NCBI GenBank assembly: GCA_030324005.1
Contig: JARDVH010000084.1
Coordinates: 68,165,519 to 68,229,518, forward strand
Reading direction: 5' to 3'
Source: Negaprion brevirostris
Taxonomy: Eukaryota
Length of the DNA: 64,000 nucleotides
The position numbers and the translations under genes were made by a program. The notes beneath the pieces are model-generated. The model was not told the origin of the DNA and did not search any database. It saw nothing but the letters and a program-made list of their open reading frames with translations. Position 1 is the stretch's first letter, and each line of letters opens with the position of its first letter. Shown piece by piece: positions 25,854 through 36,623 of the stretch.

Positions 25854-28539
25854 GGAGGAGCCTGGTAAACAAAGTTTCTCACAAGATATTGGAATGCTGG
25901 CTTCACTGACAGTGTGAAGAGCAGCGGTCAGGCAAGGAGAGAGTAGATGTCTGATATTGTTCTACCTGCTACTTTTCAAACTTTTCACCAAGGTATGGAC
26001 TTCCCTTAGCATGGCCAAGATGGCAAATTCAGTGTGTTAACTATAAGTTGCATTTGTAACACTCCATAGGATGCCTGTTAGCATTTTGGAATCACAGAGA
26101 ATTACACAGAAAGAGGCCATTTGGCCCATCAGGTCTGTGCCAGCTCTTTTGAAGAATAATCCAGTCAGACCAAATCCATTGCTCTTTCCCCCAAATCCTT
26201 GCTTGAACAAAGAGTCGCAAAATCAGAGGCCACAGAGATTGCGACAGCTTTATCATAATGTCCTATTTATTGTTCCCCAAAGACAGAACTTCACAACAAC
26301 AGCATCGAGTTGATTTGGAAGTGGAACATCAGAGAGCTGATACAATCTCCTGAACCACTGGTGCTGTGCGATGAATTATGTATCAGCTGGAGCAGTAGTT
26401 AGCGATGCTGCACTTGACCCTCAGTGGCCCAGGCAATGGAGAGGAAAATCCAGTCAGCTCTTTCTGAAATTTATGCTCCTGCTTTTCATACCCAGCCACT
26501 CCTGCAGTGGCGTGTGGGCACAGGGTGAATTCAGAATCAGACACAGTTGGGATTCCCTCAAATGGATAAATAGCCTGGTGGCACTCAACTCTGAAGTTCC
26601 TCTCCACTGCTTCCAGTCTGGTTGGTTGAACTTAGCCAGCGATTTCCCCCACCGCCCCCCCCCGGATTCCTGAGCATCTCAATTTTAATCTTTCTGCCAC
26701 TGGTGGCTATGTCTTCAGTTGACTTGATCCCAAACTCTGGAATTCCCTCCCTACATCTCTTTGCCTCTTTACCTCATTTTCTTCTTGTGACGCTGTTTAA
26801 AACCTACCACTCTGGCTGACATTTTAGTCACCTGACTCAATATGGACCATGATGTCATACTCAGTGCTCCTGTGAAGCATCTCGCAGGGCTTTATTGCAT
26901 TAAAGATGCTGTAGAAATATCAATTGTTGTTGAGGCTGTCTGACTGCCTGAACTGTGTGGCTGCCTGAAGGTCTCCTCAACGAAAGATTATTTTTTCAAT
27001 AGGCCAGGTTCCGTAACAGCCTTTTAAATGTCGGTCACTTTCAACAACCAGAGGTATGGTAGTGATTCTTGCATCCAGCATTTATGGTGTAGTAACAGAG
27101 GTATTTTGATCAAAGCAACATGATTTCTTCACTGACTTGGTGCCTTCCTGTGCTGATCCATTTGTGGATCATTAGCACTAGCCAGTGTCTGGAATTATAA
27201 ACTGACAGGAGAAAGGAGAAGGACCTTAATATCCATTGCTTGCCTGGTCAGCTTACTCTCTGCTTGAACATCAGAGGAAATTCAGAGAGTACATTCTTAA
27301 CCACCAGCCCCCCACCCCCGACTTCTGAGGAGGATTAGCATGAATATTGACTTTTGCAAGAAGGAGGCTTTGGTCTGTGCAACATTTATCATCTCTCAGT
27401 GCTTTGCTGATTTTGATATCATTGCCGTTGTCCTCTCTCCTGACTAAGTGGCAATCAATCAAATGGCAGTGTTTGGAACAAGGATATACACCCAGGATAT
27501 ATAGTGTTCTTATTTAGCAGCCAGGGGATGGTGTTAGTAATCATCAGACTGTGTTCAGCCCATTTCCTTAGGAACAGAAAGTTATTGCTGTTGTCATTTT
27601 TGATGCCACGTTTGCCAATTATGCCCTACCAGGTTGGATTTTCTGACACTATGCCAACATTATTCATGATCATTGATCAATGAGTTTGTCAGTCGGAGGC
27701 ACTGGAGAATAGCGCAACCTGGACCTCTACGGAATTTGATGATCGTTTTGTTTGGATCGGGTCCTAGTCAGTTCATTGACATCGATGATGCTGGCCTGAG
27801 ATTTCCCAGCAAGAGGCAACATTAGTATCATCTGGTCTTTTAAAATCTTTGCCAAAAGTCTTCAAGTGTATTTGCAACACTGGATTGAACAGAAAAACTA
27901 ACATTACCCTCACAACATTCCCTTGGGCTAATTATTCCAAAAGAAAGCAAAGTCAGCTCAATTTATCAAGTAAGAGTATCACTTAGTGCCGGTGCCGTTG
28001 ATCCTTGGAAATACATTCCATGAATACTCAGACATTCCATGCAGCAATGCTGAGTGTCTTTCCCAGCGATTGTGACATGCTGACCAGAGATGTGGACAAA
28101 TTTCACAGCAACTGTTCTAACCCTTTCTCCGTTCAAATCTTCTGTCTTCACAACATCCCCCCATTCTTCAAAACCGTGCCCTTGATGCTTCTGTCTGTGC
28201 AAATGACTACACTATCATCAAGCTCTCTGTAAGTATGTTGTCTTTTATTACCTCAAAATCCTGTCTTCCCTGAGACTCCATTTCTGAAACTGATTGCTCC
28301 ATCACCCCCGTGTTCGAAATGGGTTAACTGCAACATTCTACTTTTGACATAATTTGTGTGTTACTTGTTTAATAGTCCTCACCAGGGTATATAAAGGTAG
28401 CACTGGGTATTGGTTACATGTATGTGCAGTTGTAAAAGAGAATACAATGAGTTTGTGAAGAAGATGGATTGGAATCATCTTTTATTCCTGGAGTGCAACT
28501 GAGAGGCTCACCACCCCACACTCCATTTGAGTTTCTGCT

Positions 28540-29070
28540 CCTGCCGCAGTGCAGTAACAGCCCCAATTGCTTGAGCTTATCCAAATCTCTGCTGCCACAT
28601 CCTAACTCACACCAAGTCCCTTTCAAGCAACACCCTTCTGATCCCCTTGCCTCTCGCTCTAGTAATGCATAATTTTTCAACTTTCATCCTCATTTTCAAA
28701 GCTCTATATGGTCTTTACTTTGAACATCTCTGTAATATCCTCCAGCCCAACAACCCTCAGAGATCTCTATAAAATCTCCTTGAATTCTGATCTCAGTCAC
28801 ATTAGCAGTTATTGTTGCTGAACCATTGGTCTTGTGGCTGCTTAGGCACTAGGCTCCAGAGCTCTCTCCCAAAATCTCTCTTTTTCTCTTCCTCCTCTTT
28901 CGAGATGTTCCTTGAAACCTATGTCTTTGAGCTACACTTTTGGTCACCCTTCACAATTTTATCATCTGTGGCAATGGTGTCAAATTGTGTTTCTGTTTGC
29001 TCCTGTGAAGTGTTTTGGATTGTTTTACTACATTAAGAGGTGTTATACCAATGCAGGTTGTTGTTGTAGT
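28540..29070 (+). mobile_element. L2 LINE 3' fragment
   Basis: ATCCAAA.CTCTGCTGCC...CTCCAGCCC.ACAACCCTC...CCTTGAAACCTA..TCTTTGA...GCTCCTGTGAAG..TTGGA..GTTTTACTACATTAA..(GTT)n; a similar tail is at 26680-26930. Confidence 0.7.
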
Positions 29071-29259
29071 CGAACAATACTGTCCTAAAAATGGCTACTC
29101 AGGAACTGCCTAACTGCAATGCCACTTCAGTTACCGAGGAATATCTCTATGCCATGAACTGTGTGCAGGTACCCAACTACACCTGCAAATGGAATCTCAC
29201 CTACTTCCCTGCTCAGTCAGCATTTGTGGAAAGAAGATTTTGAGAGCAATAATGAAAAA

Positions 29260-30205
29260 GAATGAGACATAAGGAGATTTCTTAAGGGCAAATCATGCTA
29301 AATGAATTTGATTAAGTTTTCAATGAACCAATAGTTTTTTTTTAAGTTTATTTGTTAGTGCCACAAGTAGGCTTACATTAACACTGCAATAAAGTTACTG
29401 TGAAAGTGCCCTGGAGAGGGATTAAGGATGTTGATGAGCTTAATTCTGTGATTCAATGAGTCTATGAATGAACAAGCCACTGATTACTAAAAGGAAAACA
29501 GAGGGTAAGGGATAATGATATTTACTTCATCCAGTAGAAAATGGAAAGTGGTCTTTGACAGGGATTGATACTGTCCGTCATTTATGTAAATCATTGGACT
29601 CAGGAATCAGAAATGTAAAATGAAGATGGGTGACATCAAATTGGGGCTGCAGTTAATATTGAGGAAAGACTGTGACAAAATACAAGATGTTATCAGTAAA
29701 CATGCAGAATATTTTAATGGCAAATGACTTTCATTGAAGGTTCAAAATATTCCATTTTGATTGGAGGAATATGGAGCCTAGTCACTCCTTGGAAAATAAG
29801 AATCTGGATGGAACAAAGGCGCAAAGTGATTAGAGAGTATAAATTTGCAAATCATTAAAAGGTAGCAATGCAGATTAAGGAGGCTTTAAAACGCAAACAC
29901 AGCACTGAGGTTCGCATCAAGAAGAATGGAGGCTTATGTTAAATCTATATAGAAACTTGCTTTGATCTCACTCACTGAGTTCAGTGCATAACTGTGGTCT
30001 CCCTTTTTTTTAAAAAAAGATATACAAACACTGAACAATGCACAACAAATGTTTACAAGGATGACACTACAACTGAACAGGTCCAACTAACAGCCTGGGA
30101 CAGGTTTTACTAGCAAAGAGATAAGATTAGATGAAGTGAGGAGGGAACGAGGGGTCATGAGGACCATAAATTCCTGTTGGGCTGAATGGCCTGTTTGCGT
30201 GCTGT
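29260..30205 (+). mobile_element. Decayed CR1 RT fragments with an inserted SINE/LINE tail (29335-29412)
   Basis: KGKSC.NLI-like DNA at 29285, GATGACA.CAAA.TTGGGG-like motif, GGGCTGAATGGCCTG tail at ~30180. Confidence 0.65.
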
Positions 30206-30225
30206 GTAATATTATTTAATGGCAC

Positions 30226-30716
30226 TTGTGTGAGATTGATTTGAATGAGGGAATTTTGTGTTGAGCGTACTTCACCCCGGCCAAAACCGCTAAATGATAA
30301 AATGAAGTGTGGCCTCTGGAGATGGAAAGGCCGATGCTGGCAGTACTTACAACTCATACCTATCCATACTTAGAACCTGAACTTTGCACGAGGAATTGCT
30401 GCACCTTCCTTAATCGGAGATGTTAGGGTATCCGTTCCAGTCGGATGAATTTGCCATAGCCATCCTCATGCACTGTGCGGAATGGTGTCTCTCTCTCTCT
30501 ATCACCCGGGATACAAATCCACGGGCTACCCTCACCTAGTTTAGCCTGCGAGCCGACGCAGTTTGCCGGGGTGTGGCCGTCGCCGTGCACAAGCGACTAC
30601 TTGGAGCCATAGGTGAGAGTTGTGTAAGCAGAGAGGACCAAAGATTGCGGACCATCCAAGGGATGCGGCATGTCCCCAGTCAGAGGCACTACCTCTTCTG
30701 CTTAACACTACACCCC
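30226..30716 (-). mobile_element. ~491-bp non-autonomous RTE-related retroelement with 5' ribozyme
   Basis: 5' part resembles RTE-clade 5' UTRs (CAACTCTCACCT.TGGCTCC...GGCCACACCCCGG...GGCTAAAC..GGTGAGGGTA); flanked by ATGGCAC at 30219-30225 and 30717-30723; no long ORF; CpG-rich. Confidence 0.65.
30529..30716 (-). ncRNA. HDV-like (double-pseudoknot) self-cleaving ribozyme, predicted
   Basis: P1 GGGGTGT/ACACCCC, P2 CTCTCACCTA/TAGGTGAGGG, P3 GGC/GCC, P1.1 CC/GG, P4 CTGCG/CGCAG, J4/2 GCTAAAC, all in HDV order. Confidence 0.8.
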
Positions 30717-31104
30717 ATGGCACAATATATTAATGTACGACAGGGACACAAGCATTCGTAATGTCGAAAATGAATGTACCGACCAAAATCAAGCATTCCT
30801 GACATTAACATACTGTAGACATTCCAAATGCTCACTAGCATTGGATATTTATGTGCTGTAGGGTAAATTGACTATCCTGCAAAATAATATATTAATGAGA
30901 CGTATGGATGCAAAATATTGCTGTGCTCTGCTGTTTTCAAGCACTTCATAATACAGTATATCAAAGGATTATCAGGTGTCCAATTGTACAATACAGTGAT
31001 GCACCTAGGGAAAGTAGTATTCCACAACACACAGGATGCTAATGCATTATAGGGTTTTCGGGAATGTATATTAACATTTGGAGACCTGTAAGTGCGCCCT
31101 GAAT

Positions 31105-31750
31105 ACTGTAGCTGCAGTTGCAGGTCAGAGGCTGAGTATTCATGGTGAATGATTCACCTCCTGACTCCCCAAAGCCTGTCCGCCATCTACAATGCATAAG
31201 TCAGGAGTTTGATGGAATGCTCCCCACTTGCCTGTATAAGTGCAGCTTCAACTCTGAAGAAGCCGGACGCTATTCTAAATAAAGAATTGACTGGCATTCC
31301 ATTCACTACCTTAAACATTCACTTCCCCCACCACTGGCACTTCGTGTCACTGCAGTGTGTACCATCCACAAGGTGTACTGCAGCAACTCATCAAACCTGC
31401 TTGCAACTCACCAAACATGCTTTGATGGCATTGTGCAAAGCTGTGCTCTCTACAGCCTAGAAAGACAGAGGCAGCAGATGCATGGGAACCCCCACCCCTC
31501 CACCACCTGCAATTTCCTCTCCAAGAGTTGCACACTGTCCTGACTTGGAACTATGTCACTGTTCCATGATTGCCACTGGGTCAAATTGCTGGAAGCTCAC
31601 CCTTCCTTCCCAACTATTAGCTTTGCGGGTGTTCCTCCACCGCATGGATTGTAGCGGTTCAAGAAGATGATTCAACACCACCTTCCTAAGGGAAATTGGG
31701 GATGACTAGGAAATACTGACTTTAATAATGACACCTACATGCCGTTAATA
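31105..31750 (+). mobile_element. CR1/L2-group LINE 3' part (CACCACCTTCTCAAGGGCAATTAGGGATGGGCAATAAATG tail family)
   Basis: CCAAAGCCTGTCC.CCATCTACAA.GCA.AAGTCAGGAGT.TGATGGAAT motif; same family at 3197-3270, 18040-18120, 34095-34350, 37625-37840, 46745-47050 and 59640-59830. Confidence 0.75.
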
Positions 31751-31789
31751 TTTTATTTTATTAAAAAAGGGATATTTGGAAAGCTGAGC

Positions 31790-32280
31790 TAAAGCTTGAA
31801 CAAAGAGTTTTTAAGAAGCACCATATGGAGGACAGAGGTGAAAAAGTTAGAAATTTAAGAGTAGAATTTCAGAATTTAGGGTCCAGGCAGCTGAAGCCAT
31901 GACTATGATTAATGGCAAAATTAAAATCAGAGGTGCACGAGAGACAAGATTTAGAGGAGCGCAGTGATCGTGGAGGGTTGTGAGGCTGGGGAAGGGACGG
32001 CGCCCAGGCAGTATTTGAAAATAAGGCCAAGAATTTTAAAATTGAGCTGCAGCTTAATTGAGAGCCCAATGTAGATCAGTGAGCACAGGGATGTTGGCTG
32101 AACGGGATTTAATGCGAGTTAGAATACAGGCAGCAATGATTGAAATGAGCTCAAGTTTATGTTGGATGGATAATGAGAGGTGGATCAGGACAGCTTTGAA
32201 ATAGTCAAATTTAGGAGTAACAAAGACATGGATGAGAATTTCAGCAACGGATGAACTGAGGTGGACAAAGGCATACAAGT
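31790..32280 (-). mobile_element. L2 LINE ORF2 C-terminal fragment
   Basis: ILIHVFVTPKFDYFKAVL...KLELISIIAACILTR...IPVLTDLHW. Confidence 0.85.
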
Positions 32281-32619
32281 GACATTAGTTGGTAACACAT
32301 TTAGAAGTTCATCTTGGTGCACCAAGACAGGTTACTAATGTAATGCAGTCACAAGTATTTCATGGTATAGTATGTTAACATGTTCAAAGGAAACTGAGCA
32401 CTCCATGGAACAGCATCTTAATGTGTCATAGGAACATTCAGCATTCCATCAGACAGTATGTTAATGTACTATCGGTATTGCAAGCACATTTTGACACTGT
32501 ATATAAATATGGTAGTATAGGGACATTGAACAATCCATGACATAGGGTTCATATACTACAGGGTCATTGAATCCTCCATGCCAGAGTATATTAACACACT
32601 TGTAACAAGCTGGCACAGC

Positions 32620-33870
32620 TCTAGAGCCTGAGGACATGCAGACAAGATTTTAGCACAAATCTTAGCTCTTCTTCTATTTCCTTTGCCTCAGCACCCAGAT
32701 NNNNNNNNNNNNNNNNNNNNNNNNNNNNNNNNNNNNNNNNNNNNNNNNNNNNNNNNNNNNNNNNNNNNNNNNNNNNNNNNNNNNNNNNNNNNNNNNNNNN
32801 NNNNNNNNNNNNNNNNNNNNNNNNNNNNNNNNNNNNNNNNNNNNNNNNNNNNNNNNNNNNNNNNNNNNNNNNNNNNNNNNNNNNNNNNNNNNNNNNNNNN
32901 NNNNNNNNNNNNNNNNNNNNNNNNNNNNNNNNNNNNNNNNNNNNNNNNNNNNNNNNNNNNNNNNNNNNNNNNNNNNNNNNNNNNNNNNNNNNNNNNNNNN
33001 NNNNNNNNNNNNNNNNNNNNNNNNNNNNNNNNNNNNNNNNNNNNNNNNNNNNNNNNNNNNNNNNNNNNNNNNNNNNNNNNNNNNNNNNNNNNNNNNNNNN
33101 NNNNNNNNNNNNNNNNNNNNNNNNNNNNNNNNNNNCCCCTAAATCTCCAAACACAGCTCCTAACACTGAATAATCTACCTCTAGCTCCTTTCCAAGGTCT
33201 ATAAAGAGAATTGCACTGATAGACTCATCATTTCAGCCTGTTCTTGTCCCAGGCTTTTCTTCTTGCTGCTCTATATTTTCTCCCCATGTCAAGTCTCTTG
33301 TGACCATCATCTATAACTCTTGCAATGCCTTCTGTCAGTTCAGCAGTTTCATGGCCCCAACAGTCTTATTTTCACCATAGACGTCCAATCCCTCTACACC
33401 TCCATCCCTCACCAGGATCATCTGTTCTTCCATTTCCTTCTTGAATGAAGATGCATAAAATACATTAACATCACCCTCCTCCATCTGGTTGACTCCCATG
33501 GCTACATAGACTTCCTATCCTCTGACGCAGCTTCCTTTAAGGAATCCATTTAATTCTCCTGGTTTCTGTATCTCTGTTCCATGTGTTTTGTCAATGCTAA
33601 CATTTACACCACTGCCTCTAAAATATCTTCTTTTTATCTCAACTTGAAATAAAAGGTTGAGAGGGTCTTTGACAACGTTGATCCCATTTCTCACACTTCT
33701 GCTCTCAAGCACAATAGAGGTAACACCTGCCTTTTCATCTACTTCCTTTCCACTGTCCAAGGTGACTCCATCCCTGTGACACAGCAATTTGCCTGTACAT
33801 CTTTCAACGTAGTATACTAAATGTGCTGTTCACAATGCAACGTCTTTTACAATGGGGATATCAGACATGT
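32620..33870 (+). mobile_element. Penelope-like element, RT + GIY-YIG remnants (with gap)
   Basis: 33370-33418 = FTIDVQSLYTSIPHQD (PLE RT motif); 33785-33870 = QFACTSFNVVY*MCCSQCNVFYNGD (decayed VY..C..C..YIGE). Confidence 0.85.
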
Positions 33871-35346
33871 TCGATGACATGATATAATGATGTATAATAG
33901 GACATAGAGCATTCTATATCATTGATATAGGGATATAAAACACTCCATAAAACAGTATATTAATGTAGTATAGATATATGGAGTATTCCATAAAAGATAT
34001 ACTAATGTACTATAGGGACATGAGTGCTTCTTTTCACATTATGTTAATGCATTATAGTTGTACAACTCCTCTGCACCCCTCCCCCCGACCCTTCGAAGCC
34101 ACACACCATCCTGTCTTAGAGCTGTATTATCATTCCTTCACTGTTGCTGAGTCAAAATCCTGGCACTCCCTCTCCAACAGCACTGTGGATGCACCAACAT
34201 CACATGGACCACAACACTGTAGGTGAACTGACATCACATGGGCCACAGCAATTCAAGAAGATAGTTCACCACTAGCTTCTCAAGGGCAATGCAGGATGGG
34301 CAACAAATGCTGGCCTCACCAGCAATGCCCATATCCCATGAATTAAATTTTTAAAATTGAATAATCCATGACATGGTATGTTAATGTGGTGTCATCACTT
34401 CAACCATTCCATGGCACAGCACATTCATGTACTTGTAAGTTGGTAGATGCAACCCAAGACCTAGTGACCAATTAAATACACAAACAAGATCTCAAAATAA
34501 GTAAGGCTCATTGACCCATGTTGTGTCTTTACTGACAGGGCAGAATAGGTTGTAGTTTTCAGTCTATACTTATTAATCTCAGTTTCTACATCTCCAAATT
34601 CCATTCCAGGGCAGATCTATTACCATGCCTTTTATTACTGCAGTCTATAAACATATATAATTAATGACAATTAAAGACAATAATTTCTTAAAGCCAAATC
34701 ACTTTTATGTAATATATTATGAATGGATGATTTCCTCAATACAGCATTCTCAATATCCTATGGCTTACATATCATCCCTCTGTCACTCTGTTACAATACC
34801 TTAGGGACATTAAGTGACACAGTGTATTAATGTATACACTAGAAAATCACGCATTCCATGACAGAGTACATTAATGTAGTATTAGACCATTGTGTGTTCA
34901 AGGACACAGTACATTAGTGCACTGTAGAGCCACTGAGCACTTCATGACACAGTATATTAATGTACTGTAAGAGTATCAAGCATCCATGACTAAGTGCATT
35001 AATGTAAACGGGGTCATCAAGTATTCTGTGACACAATGTGCTAACATTCTATATGGCCAGCAAGAACTCTATGATATAGTATATTAATATAAGATGTGGA
35101 TAATTCAAAGCCACAGTATGTTGATGAACTTTAGAGATGTGAAGAACCCTATCATGCTGAATATTATTGCTTTATAGGAACATTGAGTGTTACTTGGCAC
35201 CATATATTACAGTACGAAAGGAAAATTGAGGACTCTATGCCACAGTACAACAGGCACACTAATTGCCCCAAGAAACAGTATATTCATACTATATTGACAT
35301 TAAGTAATTCTTGACAAACTATATTAATTGACCATAGTGATATTGA

Positions 35347-35822
35347 TTTCATGGTACAATATATACAGACACAGTACATTTATGTACCCTATGGAAGCTC
35401 ATGGTACAACATATACAACCATGNNNNNNNNNNNNNNNNNNNNNNNNNNNNNNNNNNNNNNNNNNNNNNNNNNNNNNNNNNNNNNNNNNNNNNNNNNNNN
35501 NNNNNNNNNNNNNNNNNNNNNNNATGTACCCTATGGAAGCTCATGGTACAACATATACAACCATGACACAGTATATTTATGTACCCTGTGGAAGCTCATG
35601 GTACAACACATACAACCATGACACGGTACATTTATGTACCCTATGGAAGCTCATGGTACAACATATACAACCATGACACAGTATATTTATGTACCCTGTG
35701 GAAGCTCATGGTACAACACATACAACCATGACACGGTACATTTATGTACCCTATGGAAGCTCATGGTACAACATATACAACCATGACACAGTATATTTAT
35801 GTACCCTGTGGAAGCTCATGAC
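35347..35822 (+). repeat. 55-bp tandem repeat organised as a 110-bp higher-order dimer
   Basis: Units start at 35524, 35579, 35634, 35689, 35744, 35799; the variants CCTATGG/CCTGTGG, CATAT/CACAT and CAGTAT/CGGTAC alternate. Confidence 0.95.
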
Positions 35823-36211
35823 TTCACATCACAGTATATTAATTTATTGTACAAGTGCCCAATGTTCCACAACACAGTATATGAATGCATGATAGAATCA
35901 TAGAGCAATCAGTAGCACCCTATGTCAATGTATACTATGGGGACATTGATCATTCTGAAGTATAGTGTAATAACACACTATAGAGATATTGTCACAGGGA
36001 ATGCTCATTGCCTATAGTGAAATAATATACTATCATGGTATACTAATGTATTGTAAGGATACCATTCATATATCATAGCTTGCTATGGCGATGTTGAGCA
36101 TTCCATTTATATTAATTTACTATTGATATGCAAAGTGCTCCTTGACACAATATATTAATGTTCTAAAAAGAAATTGAGAACTTGGTGACACCATATATGA
36201 ATGCACTCTAG

Positions 36212-36623
36212 CAGTGGTTCTCAAACATCTTTGTATAAAGGAAGCCTCTACAATTGCATAAATAATCACAGACCCTCCAAATATACTATGATATGATACA
36301 ATATTCATTATATAAGGCAGAATTTGGGTTTTGATCACTTCCTTTGAATTTAAGCATGTAAATATATTTTTTAATCTCATCTTTGAATAAGGCTGAGTTC
36401 ATCTGACAGCCAGTTGCCTTTGGCAACTATGGGTCTAACCTTATTGTCGCTATCAGCAATCCTCAGTACATGTGATGGCTGCTTTCCTCTTGCATTGCTT
36501 GGATCACATCAAGCCCACTTCTAGCCAGAATTCATTTGTGTACCACTTGACTATTTTGTTAACCACCTGTAGTGCCTCGATAGAATTCTATGGGATCCAC
36601 TGACCCAAGTTTGGGAAAGACTC
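36212..36623. mobile_element. hAT/Charlie-type non-autonomous element
   Basis: Imperfect TIRs CAGTGGTTCTCAAAC ... GTTTGGGAAAGACTC; flanks CTCTAG / CTCTATAG resemble the Charlie-type target. Confidence 0.65.

Noticed and set aside
27540-28240. Coding-looking unique sequence, checked as possible LIM1 exon
   Set aside because: No LIM motif, short ORFs only, no recognisable homology.
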